64,000 bases of DNA from Massalongia carnosa (Eukaryota). The stretch is taken from the NCBI GenBank assembly GCA_965645245.1, contig OZ287067.1, positions 3,038,001 through 3,102,000 of the forward strand. The letters are read 5' to 3'. The notes below the pieces were generated by a model. That model did no database searches. It was not told the DNA's origin and saw only the letters and a list, made by a program, of their open reading frames with translations. The position numbers were made by a program, and so were the translations under genes. Of this stretch, positions 40,080-51,032 are shown one piece after another. Position 1 is the stretch's first letter. Each line of letters starts with the position of its first letter.

Positions 40080-40619
40080 TGTTGCTACTGGTATCGCCGC
40101 TCAGTGACCATGCTAACTCCTATATTTCTTTTACAACATTTCGAAATAATTCTCGAACATGATGAGTAGCTGAGGTAGCAGCTGAGCGGCGCAACAGCTC
40201 CACAAGGCATGCACGAGGCTATCATAAATAGATGACTTGTACCTAAGTACCGTAAGCGCTAGGTCGCAGGGTCTTGGCACCCCAATGTGACATGTTCAGA
40301 CACTCCACGCTTTTGCCAGTGCGACGCTGCCCTGCTCCGCCAAAAATTTGGTCAAAAACTGGAAAGCCGAGACATCTGCACTGGGTTGCACAACGAGTGA
40401 TGCTCAATCCATACGAAGATGTAGAGTTTCGTATTTTCTCTCATAAATATGCAACGCCCAATGGTACATCTTTTCAGCCTCAAATATCTTCCCCTGATCA
40501 GCATATCGTGGGGCCAGATTGCTAAGGCTATCTAGTGTAGACGGGTGCTCAGGACCCCATGCCTCCTCCGTTCTATCCAATGTCTGCTGAGATATCTTCT
40601 CGGTTTGGGCTGAGCACAG

Positions 40620-40932
40620 CAGCCGCGTACGAAACCCTCTACGAAGTGTTTGGCCGTCTTCCTATCGTACGGTGTAGCGCCCGGGTTTCGCTTCTTATAT
40701 CTGTTTGACCGCACCATCAAAAAAGATTCCAGTAGTATTTTGGGGTCACAAAGGAAGTGATAAAGACTCACTCATCCCAAAGGACCAGCATGCGGGTTTA
40801 ATTCGTTTCCGTACCAGATTCGAGGCCTTTCGAGACTTTTTTGTTATTCAAATCGGTCTTTATCAAAGGTTCCAGACCATATGTTTCCGCATCGTCGAAG
40901 AATTGCGCAGCGATCCTCTTCTTCTTCTTCAT
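40620..40932 (-). pseudogene. Probable 5' remnant of a Starship captain (DUF3435-type tyrosine recombinase)
   Basis: MKKKKRIAAQFFDDAETYGLEPLIKT...GTETN*TRMLVLWDE|intron 40771-40701|YKKRNPGATPYDRKTAKHFVEGFVRG; resembles captain N-termini from memory; first gene inside the terminus; no catalytic domain present. Confidence 0.5.
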
Positions 40933-42791
40933 TGGGAAGGAGATTGATACAAAAGCTAAAGAACGAATACTTTATACATTGTCGACGGAACGAACGAAGG
41001 GGAAAATGGAGAGGGGTATACATAGACAGCCGGCAGAGCTATATATAGAGCCATCGGATCAGCATCCACTTCCAGCTGTATAAAGGGTCTCGCTTAAACT
41101 TGCAAGAAACTGACGGCGAATACGAAAGAAGGACGTGGCTGAGGGGGAGCACGGGGGAGCACAGAGGAGCACGAGCGAGCAACGAGGGAGCATAGGAGAG
41201 CAATGAGAGAGCATGAGGGAGCTGGCCTGCTGGGTCAGAAACCTCTACGTGGTGCAGGCTATCAACACCTCCTCGGAGGTGGCCAATATTTGATCATCGC
41301 CAACGCGGAAGTCCACCTCGGTGGCCATTTGAACGATCAACGTCTCTACTGATCATTCGTCACCTCGAAGGCACACATACAAAGCCCATTCATTCGGAAT
41401 GGCCACACCCCTCAGGCGGAAGCCTTTCACCACATCGAAAAAGCCCATTCATTTAGAATGGCCACACTTACACACCTTCATTTATACGACACCACGATCT
41501 GCCCTCGATCACGGCCAGTCTTTCCTCCATTGAATCAAAACGTTTAAAGAGAGAGAACGTTCGTCGAACGTGTGGAAATACACTGTCTAGTTCATCGAGT
41601 CTATAGGATTCTTAGCGCTTGAAGATCTGGGTGTATGCACCGCGTGGTAGAAGGACGGTCTCGTTGCGTTCAACATGGAACAAGGGAGTGGTTTTACCCT
41701 GGGGGCCAGGTTTCCACTTCCTGACTGTTGTTTATGTACATAAATAGCAGTCACAGCGTCATATCCTTAGGATGCATACGCTTAATGAATTAATAAAAAA
41801 AAAATAAAAAAATAGAGGGAGCATGTCGACGAATCGGGCCTTAGCGGGGGAGCAAAGCATCGAGGCCTGAGTCAGCAGGCGGTCACGTGTTGCCCTGGGT
41901 TCGGGGAAGATATATATTATACACCCCGAACTTAGGATTTGAAATTGCCGTTCCGGGACGGGAAAAGGAGCAGGGCCGCTTTAGAGGGAGCAACGAGGGA
42001 GCAGGAGGGAGCACTGAGGGAGCAAGAGGGAGCACTGAGGGTAGGGCTCTGAAAATTTCGAAATTCTGACAAGGTCGCACGAAAATTTCATCACGTGTGC
42101 GCGCCAAGCATGAAATTTTCGAAATTTATTACTAAGCACATATACATATCTTGTACATAGTTGCCTCAGTACCTCAGACGTGTTGTGGCACAGCCTTCGC
42201 CTGCACTAACCTCTTTCGGTTAGCTCGGCGCTAACTTATTTAGCCTATATGCCTAACCCTTTAAAGTTAGGCTTTGCTTACTAAGTTCGCTGTGCTTACA
42301 CGTCTGAGGACAAAACTCAATAATACGGGCAGGTTTGCTTAATAAATGAAATAATACTTAATTATCGAGCGGCCTTCCCCGATTGAGCGTAAAATATCAA
42401 CTCAATCATGTTATACCATACCGCCGTTTTTTATATGTGTTATTTTTATGTTTTGGAACCGCGCGGTCGAATATGTGCACTAAAGAACGACATCAAGGGA
42501 TGGCGAGCATGCTTTTTAAACTCGATGCAAGCTGGACAAAAAGCTCGGGTCTCAGTCTACAATGGACATCAATTTGGGTCACGAAAATAGTAAGAGAAAG
42601 TCGGTTGCAGCCGGTCATTGATTCATAACTAGCAGTGCATCTCTATAGCTAGACTATCCACGGCAAAGCCGCGCTGCGCGGATTTGCCACATGACATTTG
42701 GTCTACCTCTTTCTTCCCTTGGCTGCCTTTTTCACATTTTGGAAAGAGCAGGAGAAAAGACCGAGGTTATGAATGAGGTCGTTGTTGAGGC

Positions 42792-44970
42792 ATGGAGCGT
42801 GTTGATTCCAAACGGCTACGGGTAGTCAAATATGCAACTGAAGGAGACGCCCTCAGTACCCTTGACAACCCCAATATCAAAGATATTCGAAACAGGACCA
42901 CTACAGCCAGAAATCGAAAAGCAAAGTCGATCAAGGAGATAAAGGCGGTATGGGGATCCGAAACTGAAGACTGGCACTTTGAGGAGTTTGGTGAGCTCTA
43001 TCTGAGCAAGGTGGCAGCGGTTGCCAAAAAGCACTCCTTTGATAAGGCTAGCAGGATGATTTTACAAGTTACCATGGATCGCTTACGAAAAGGTCAGTCT
43101 AGTCGTGGCTCGACTAGAGACATTATAACCAGAGATTGGGGCAATCTAAACGCGATGAACGAAGAAGACGCCAACTCGTTACTGTTGCGGCCCTCTCTTG
43201 ATGCTGAGGAGCTAGCTCAATTTGAGATGAATCTGATAAAGCTAAATGTGTCTGGTGAGCGCGGCCGTTCAGAGAAACGACTCACCACCGTCAAAACGAC
43301 GAAGATTTAAGTCCAGGGCAGTCCACCTTCGAGCGCTCACCTCTCTCACTCAAAAGAACATTGAGTCATCACAGGATGATGAAGAGACCGAAGAGAGAGA
43401 CGAAGAAAGTAGTGATGAGAGTGAGGTGGAAGAGAAGAAATCAATGATGAAAATTTTCAAGCAAAAGTGTTCATGTGAAAACATTCATCGGGCGATTCTG
43501 GAGAGACTAGAGAGAAAGACTGCCTCAGCGGCAGGAATGAAAGGTGACGCAGAGTGTCTAGGCACTCTTAGAAAAATAATGTCTGCAGTTATCCACGGAG
43601 AGGAGTTAACTCACATCTGCTATCGTCATCTTCTAGCTATAGGCGGTCATTTCGGTTTTCAAGTCAATAATTTAAATGCAGAAGAGTTAAGGCAGAGGCT
43701 CAAGTCTTGTCATCATCATCGTTCCAACCTCGATGATCTGAAAACAGGACGGGAGACAAGCTTCTGCTTTCGTTTATGTGCTAGACCGAGGGTTGATGAT
43801 GATGCTCTTGGCGTCTATTACAAACGAGCAACGAGATCATCTCTGATAAGAGGGCTCAATGAGGAGCAAGCCAAAATCATAGTCGACGAGATTGGAGGAG
43901 AGTTTGCTTGGGATCTCTGGATGAAAGATGGAAATCGTATGTTTGATTGGTTGTGGAAAGGGATAAAATCCAAAGACGAAGTAGAGACCGGAATCGGAGA
44001 TCTAATACTCGAAGAGTTCGACATCTATCAGTGGCATCAGCGGGAGAGGAATGGTCAGTCGAATCGTGGATGGTTACGAACTATGTAATACTCTTTAACC
44101 CAACAGTTGATCCGTCAAGACATCGAATACTGGGCACTGTACGCGTGCCTCCGTCCCGATCGCAATATTCGATTGGTATCATATCCGTATTACGCGAAGT
44201 ATACACGGGAGGGAGATCCAACTTTTTTTCGCCATATTGATATTAAGGTACCAAAATATCTGGATAATGGTCATGGGGGCAACATCATTCAAGGTTCGGT
44301 GTCGCTTAATGATGAGACCGCCGAGGGGTGTACTAAAATAGTCCCTGGTTTTCATCTACACATTGCCCAGTGGTGGAATAACGTGTGCGCTCGTGGAGAG
44401 GTCCCGGATGGACACGTACATGGCCTTGAAAAAATATGGATCAAAGAGGATGCCGCTCAGTTTGGAGACTTTATTCCTGTTCACTGCAAAAGAGGAGACG
44501 TGAGAGTCACGAAGCCAGAAATCCTTTATGGTTCGACTCCAAAAAAAGGAAACGGCCCGCGTCGGACGGTTCTGCCTTGGTACGTCGGCGTGCAAGAAGA
44601 CGGCGAGACGCAGGACATTGTCGAGTCCGATAAATAGAGTGACCTCGCAAGGGCGCATGCTAGTCAAACAGCACCCAGAGTCACTCCTTCAGGACTCGCG
44701 AATCGATTTGGGCCTATCCATAAGTTTCCACCATCCACTCAGCTCTGGCTTGATTCTCCTATCAGTCACGCGCTCGTCTGTCGGACAAGCTGGGAGGACC
44801 CTGTCGTTCAAGCGCAGGCAAACGTAATACTGGGAGAAGATCGCAAGTTAGCAAGAGGCGATTCAGAACTATAGGTTGAACGCTTGCGCAGTTTCAAGGC
44901 CGCGTATGGAAGAGTGAAAATGGCGGAGAGATTGATGTTTGGAGAGGATAGTTTTTTCGTAAATAATTAA
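42792..44970 (+). pseudogene. Disrupted gene with a C-terminal PhyH-like 2OG-Fe(II) oxygenase domain
   Basis: FRHID (HxD), IIQGSVSL..E..GCTKIVPGFH, CKRGDVRV, RRTVLPWYV; in-frame stops at 44086-44088 and 44635-44637 plus frame changes. Confidence 0.6.
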
Positions 44971-45194
44971 GCAGTCGATGCCTGCGTCAAGCCTGTTTAG
45001 TTAGCGTGCCTATTTTTGAGCTAGTCTCTTGTGTTAATGTTAATGGTGAACTTAAAGCCGCGCCGCGCGGATTCGACCTAGCGCGGCATAAACTTACATG
45101 GCTATACCCTGCACATCCCGCCCGTGCCCCGCTAGCGGTGTAAACAAAGGAAAGGTCACCTGTCCACAGCGCAAAAAAATACATTGACTTCATC

Positions 45195-45591
45195 ATGGCC
45201 TCAACCGAAGCCAACGCCTCCTCGCCCACTGACCTGTTGACAAGTCCCCTGACCTCGAGAGTTTCAACCCCTTCACTGCCAGAAAGCCAAACTCCTTTAA
45301 GGCGCCCTCAATCAACCTTTGCAACTGGCCTCTAAGTCGCTCGTTGAGGTCAATGGGGATCGATTTTCGATGAATCCGACAGTTAACCTTTATATGGAAG
45401 GCCTCGCTCGCCTGGGTGAGAGCTCGATGAAGTACAATCGACATTACATAAGTGAAACAGTACCCCTTGACGATCATGAAAAGGATGTTGAACTTGGACT
45501 CGCGCCTACAAACGAAACCAGTGAAGCACCTGAAAGCCCCACCCTTCCAACAAGTACGCTGGAACCCTCAGGCGGTATGTTTGTTGATTAA
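45195..45591 (+). pseudogene. Small frameshifted hypothetical gene
   Basis: MASTEANASSP... from 45195 shifts into ORF 45319-45591; bounded by palindromic motifs. Confidence 0.3.
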
Positions 45592-45654
45592 ACCCGTTCT
45601 ATTCATCGCTCACCGGAGGAGCAAATCCGCGCCGCGCGGCTTTGCTGTCCGCCA

Positions 45655-47887
45655 TCACTCATCCAGGTAAGCTGGTCGCCTTCTTTTTCGCCCGGAGCGA
45701 GAATCGGGCAGCTCCCTTGAGGCGATAGACGTTAACTCCGGTGAAGGTCGACGAGGCGTTTGAAGAGGTTTGTCTCTTGAGTTGTTGATGAATGTCTGAG
45801 CTCGATGAGCTTTTGGGGTTGCGTTCAAGCTTGACGCCCTTATTTCACTAAAAGCGTGACGGATAAAAGGTTCAGTCTGATGACCTGATGAAGTAAGGCT
45901 TAACCTATTATCTCCATCTTCTTGCCCTAGATTTTCCTTATCGCTCGTCGTGTCGTTGTCACTTGTCTTTTTCAGCGTTTTCCTTTTGACGTTCATCGCA
46001 TATCCTCTTTGAATCGCCCAACTGTTTCTTCGCTCATCAAATTCTGTTTTGGCAGGATTGCTTAATGGCACTAAGATTCGTTTTTTTTTAATATCATTGT
46101 GCCGCTTCCATTCTTCGAACATTTCCCCCTCGGCCAGATCTATCGCTTGACCCCGTTTGAGAATATCCAGAATTTCTGCGCTGTGAATTTTCATGTCACT
46201 CCAGAAACCATCGATGAATCTCGTCATATCCGATTCATCGCTTATAAGATCCGCCCAAGTTGCTAAGGATTTCAACACGTCGTCTGGCAATATCACCGAT
46301 GGGAAAAATTGTATGTGAGAATTGGGAAATAGGATTTGTGCCTTGTTTTTTCTCCATTCTTCCAATCGACGAGTGAACCATGGACGCTTGGAAGCATTCC
46401 GAGCGTTATCTGTGTTCAATATGTCATGAGGAAGTGTCGATGTCTGCGATTCAGGGTTGCAAGTCGAGCAACATGGCAGCGGCTTCTCAACTTCGGACGA
46501 CGCATATGTATCATCATCAAAAACGCCAGCCCGGTTTCTCGAATGCATGCATCTGAAGCGACGTTGATCATTTCATGTAGTCCATGCGGCATGTCGCGCC
46601 TCCGATCCGCATCCAATTTCTTTGTGCCCTTCTTATCAGCGCCGGAGGCGGCTTGGGTTATCAGCTGACCCAGCGAATCCTGAGTGAATAGGACCTTGCC
46701 GCTCTTCGGCCCCACACACCATGGCGGATGCAGAAAGATGAAATGAGCCCGACGTCCACCGCTTCGCATGGCGCGTCCCATACGCTGATAGAGTTTCTGC
46801 TTTGATGAAGGTAAAAGCCACTGCGCCACTCTTTCAATATCGGGATTGTCAATGCCCAACCCATATGCATCCGTTGCAATCAATATTCGAGGCCATGCAC
46901 ACTCTTCCGAAGATACCCTGAACTGACGCTGAACCAGCTGCTTATCAAACGAAGCCATATCACCAAAATAAGGACTTATCCAATGATAAGATTCTTTAGG
47001 ATATCCTAGCTGTCTCATCCAATTGCGCATCAACTTACATGCGGTTTTGATGGAATTTATCGTGTCCATGTAAATTATTGTCTTTGGAACATCAAAAGGA
47101 GTTTCGGCTCGAATCGGTAAAAGATGTTGAAGGTCAAGCATTCCAGCTTGTGTTTTCAATAAAGAACTGACTTGAATGTAAATCTCTGGTCGATCAAGAG
47201 GCGCTTTAATAAGACGAGTTTCATCATGAAACCCACATTGACTTCTGACGCAGTTCAGGGTTTCTTCATCCAAAGTTGCAGAAACTCCCAAAAAAGGTAT
47301 TCCATCTGGCAATCGGGTTCGAAGCACTCCAAGGTTGAAGTATTCCGGTCGGAAATCGCGCCATTCTGATACCAGATGCAGCTCGTCGATGGCCAATAGA
47401 CAAAGATTTGAGAAATAAGACGAATGACTGAGAACCATTTCGTTAAATCGCTTCGATGTTGCTATTTCTGGACTTGTGAATACTGTAAGTGTTAGACCGC
47501 TGACTTGTACACAACAGGAATATTCGACTTACCATGAGTGTAACAACTTTGACGAATATCAGTCAAGGTAGACGGATTATTATTATCTCCGTTCAACACT
47601 ATGGGTCGACAGTTTTCGATGAAGGTAAGTTTTTCACATTGCTCCTCTTCCAGTGCAATCAAAGGCATGATTATCAACACTGACTTGCAAGGCGAAAACA
47701 TCAAAGGAGCAGCTTGAAACAGTATGCTCTTTCCGAAACCTGTTTTTGCTATCAAGATCAAATCCATTCTATCACACAACAGATGATGAAGCGCATCCAC
47801 CTGCTCCCTCTTTGGACGAAATCCGAAATACTGATCAACAACGCTCTCGATCTTCTCACGAGTCAACATCTGTATCGCGTCACTCAT
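45655..47887 (-). pseudogene. RecQ-like SF2 helicase; one intron and one frameshift near 46520
   Basis: AKTGFGKS, IMPLIAL, FTSPE, IDELH..W.DFRPEY, SAT, ATDAYGLGID, YQRMGRAMR; RQC-like cysteines (CIRE..CCSTC) split by the frameshift. Confidence 0.85.
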
Positions 47888-48549
47888 ATTGATGTAATAT
47901 CGCTACAACAAGAAAGCACGCTAGCAAGGACGACGACTATATTTTTGAGTTTGAAGTCCTGAAGAACTACGATAACATGATCCGCCAAGGCAATATGATG
48001 AATATGAGCGCCGACTGTTGAATTGAAGAGCAAGACTCAATTCGAAGTTGTTGTGCTGTCGTCGAGATTTGAGAGTCAATTTGAGTCGATGTTGCTCGAT
48101 GATGAAGATAACTGCGCAACGCACGCAGGATGTTTAAATTTTAGATCATTTAATAAAGAATATCTTAAAGTAGCGACGACAATAATGTATTATATTACAA
48201 CTATCATTCGTTGATCTTGTCTTAAACGTGAAAAACGATGATTTTAAATCTTAAGCGCGAAACTTACGTGTGTTGTCACCAAAATAACGCGAACCTGACA
48301 AAATTACAGAGTTTTGAACTCAGACCTGCCGCCCGAAGCATGCGTAGTAAGCTAAATAGAATCTTATCCTAAAACAGTTAAACATTTAACTAAATTGACT
48401 TAGCTTCTGACTAATTATATACTAATCCGAAAAGGCTTAGCTGTGGCGAGGGCAAGGCAGGTCTGAGGTACTGAGGCAAGTAGATAGATCGATACCTCAT
48501 TTTGATAGTCACTCTCATACATTTAAAGGTATCTTCCTATTTTATACTC

Positions 48550-50493
48550 ATGGCTCAACGCGGTGGAAGAAAGAAAAATTCTCTAATTGAGGAGAATTTC
48601 AAAGACGTGATCACCATGGGATTGAAAAAACCTCAGCATCAATGCATTCATTGTGGTCATCAGACTACCAAGAATGCTGTAAGAGGACTATCACATTTAG
48701 ATCAATGTGATGCCTACAAACAGAAGATAACAAAGAAGGAAGATGCCTCGTTCAGTTCTAGATCAATCCAACTGCCCATTACCACCATGATTCGTCCCCT
48801 TAGCCAGAGTCAAATTGCTCATGCTCATCGCGAGGCGGCGATGTCTGTTTATATGACAAATCTTCCCTTCAACCACTTCGAGAATCCCTATGTTATTGCG
48901 GCATTTCAAGCTCTTTCTCCTGGATACAAGCCCCCTCATGCCAGACTGATGGCTGGACGATTGTTGGATGAAGCCTATGAAACAGTTAAATTCAAAATAA
49001 ATCAAGAATTGAATGCTTGCAATCATCTCAGCTTTTTTACCGACGAGACAGCCAACATTCGAAAAGAGCGAGTAATAAATCTCTGCTGTCACGTTCCCAC
49101 ATCTGTCACTTCTAGTGGCGGAGGATTTCAGCTAAAAGCTGATGTCGGAGTGGCGGAAAAAATGACGGCAGTCGTACAAGCTGAATGGGTGATAAATGGA
49201 TGTAGGGATGCTACCAACAATCAGCTTGAAAGGGTTAATTGTATCTGCACCGACACGTGCTCTACAATGAAAGCCATGTGGACGGAAATTTCGAAAAGTG
49301 CAGAGATGAAGCATGTTTTCTTCGTACCTTGCGATAGTCATGGTTTGCAGCTATTGTTAGGAGACATTTTGAAATTTCCTTATTTTACAGATGTTATAGA
49401 AAAGGCTCAGTTGATCGTCATCAGTTTTCGCGGATCAAATAAGGAATTAGCCAGTTTATGGAAATACCAAATGAAGGCATACAAACAGCGTCGTTCCTTG
49501 GTTCTCAACGTTCTCACCAGATGGGGTACGACGGTTGGTCTTTTAAATTCAGTACTGAATAATCAACAGGCCTTGTTGGATTATTTTCAGCAGAAGAATC
49601 CAGGCATAGATCAGGGAAGAAATAAACCTTTGGGAAGTTTCGTCAACGATTATTCCTTTTGGAAGAAACTGACCATGGTCAAAAAGATACTGAATCCCAT
49701 TCATAAACTTCAGTACATGTCCGAAGCCGAGGGATATAAGCTATACACCGTAACAAATAACTGGAATATCATTCGCTCTCATCTGTACTCGATGGCCGAA
49801 GAAGAAAGCGACAGTGAGGCGGATCTATATCACATTGCTCACGTCGTTTGGGAAGATAGATATCTCAGTCAAATAACAGAGCTTCATGTGGTTGCATCTC
49901 TTCTGCTTCCGCAAAATCGTACGATAAAGGTGGTCGGAGTTACTACAGAACATGCTTTTTCATCGATCATGCATAGATTCTTTGCTCGATATCTGAATGC
50001 TGAAGATAGCATCGTTGCCATGAGACAATGGCTTGCTTTTCGAGATCAGGAAGATGGATTTCATGCAAACTCAGAATGTTGGACTTATCAGATGACACCG
50101 GAGCTGTTTTGGAATTTTTGCAAGCATTTTGCATTGATTCTTAGCAAGCTGGCCAGAAAGGTAATGATGCTTCCTGGCAATTCAGTGCTGGCAGAAAGAA
50201 GTTGGTCGGTCATGAATTTGATCATGAACAAGACTCGAAATTCCATGGCATCGATCAACGTGGATAAGCTGATGTTTATTTATCTGAATGAAAGAACTCT
50301 TAACCGACCGAAAGAAATCAAAAGGAAGCTACAATTCGCAGGCATTGACATAGAAGAAGACGATCTATGTGAGATGGAAGACAGAATGTTGCAGGAAGAA
50401 ATCTCTCTGCAAGAAACAGCGACAGTAAAATCGTTGAAACGACCAGCAAGTCAAGCGATAGAGGGAGATGCGGTCAGGCTCAGAGATACTTGA
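48550..50493 (+). CDS. hAT transposase (BED finger, DUF659, dimerisation domain)
   Basis: CIHC..H..C, TDETAN, CDSH, TRW and NSVLAERSWS motifs; intact ORF. Confidence 0.92.
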   Translation: MAQRGGRKKNSLIEENFKDVITMGLKKPQHQCIHCGHQTTKNAVRGLSHLDQCDAYKQKITKKEDASFSSRSIQLPITTMIRPLSQSQIAHAHREAAMSVYMTNLPFNHFENPYVIAAFQALSPGYKPPHARLMAGRLLDEAYETVKFKINQELNACNHLSFFTDETANIRKERVINLCCHVPTSVTSSGGGFQLKADVGVAEKMTAVVQAEWVINGCRDATNNQLERVNCICTDTCSTMKAMWTEISKSAEMKHVFFVPCDSHGLQLLLGDILKFPYFTDVIEKAQLIVISFRGSNKELASLWKYQMKAYKQRRSLVLNVLTRWGTTVGLLNSVLNNQQALLDYFQQKNPGIDQGRNKPLGSFVNDYSFWKKLTMVKKILNPIHKLQYMSEAEGYKLYTVTNNWNIIRSHLYSMAEEESDSEADLYHIAHVVWEDRYLSQITELHVVASLLLPQNRTIKVVGVTTEHAFSSIMHRFFARYLNAEDSIVAMRQWLAFRDQEDGFHANSECWTYQMTPELFWNFCKHFALILSKLARKVMMLPGNSVLAERSWSVMNLIMNKTRNSMASINVDKLMFIYLNERTLNRPKEIKRKLQFAGIDIEEDDLCEMEDRMLQEEISLQETATVKSLKRPASQAIEGDAVRLRDT

Positions 50494-51032
50494 GATTGTA
50501 TGAAGATTAATAGCTAAATCAAGTATCTTCAAGTTGGCATGTCCTCGTTCCTATTTTCCGCTTTCCCCGCACCCCCCTCCCCCTTGCCTACCCCCCTGCA
50601 AAACATCCATGAAAATTTCACTCGTGAAAGTCGCAGTGAAACTTTCATCCCGATCGGGTTAGGCAAAATTTCATGAAAGTTTCATTTCAGAGCCCTAACT
50701 GAGACGTACCTTCTCTGGCGCTAAGAGCGCCATCCGGACGGTGATCCAGCCCCCTTGCGAAGTTCCGAGCTTCTTGCTCCTCCCTTCTGACACCATCTTC
50801 GCAGTGTCATGATGCTAAGTCGGAAGGGGCTAAACCTTATCAGGAGTAGAGTCTCGTGTATTACAAATTCAGAGCTGCTGGTTTAGTCCAGCCGACGGAA
50901 GGATTCTCTAAGAAATTTCCGTTTCTTTCTAATTACAAACAGGAACTCGTGCATTTAAAGTCGCCTTTGTGACAGTACGATCTATCTTTCGAGGGTTACT
51001 CCTAGACCGCAGCCCAAGCACACAGAATTGCT

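Larger units (their letters stand above)
29484..41909 (-). mobile_element. Putative derelict Starship-like giant element A (~12.4 kb)
   Basis: Termini CACCCCGAAC (29484) and GTTCGGGGAAG (41899-41909), both abutting TATATATTATA; GAGGGAGCA arrays near both ends; captain-like remnant first on the minus strand; accessory cargo. Confidence 0.65.
42161..48479. mobile_element. TIR element carrying a RecQ-like helicase (AcademH-like gene content, no transposase seen)
   Basis: Perfect 19-bp TIR TTGCCTCAGTACCTCAGAC / GTCTGAGGTACTGAGGCAA; 8-bp flanks GTACATAG / GTAGATAG. Confidence 0.85.
42042..50697 (+). mobile_element. hAT transposon with a nested 6.3-kb insertion
   Basis: 13-bp TIRs TAGGGCTCTGAAA / TTTCAGAGCCCTA; flanks ACTGAGGG / ACTGAGAC (6/8); subterminal (T)GAAA(A)TTT motifs; hAT transposase inside. 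Confidence 0.9.

Noticed and set aside
29484..42041. LTR pair from the direct repeats at 29484 and 41922
   Set aside because: No TG...CA ends and no gag/pol between them; an inverted terminus directly precedes the second copy, favouring tandem elements
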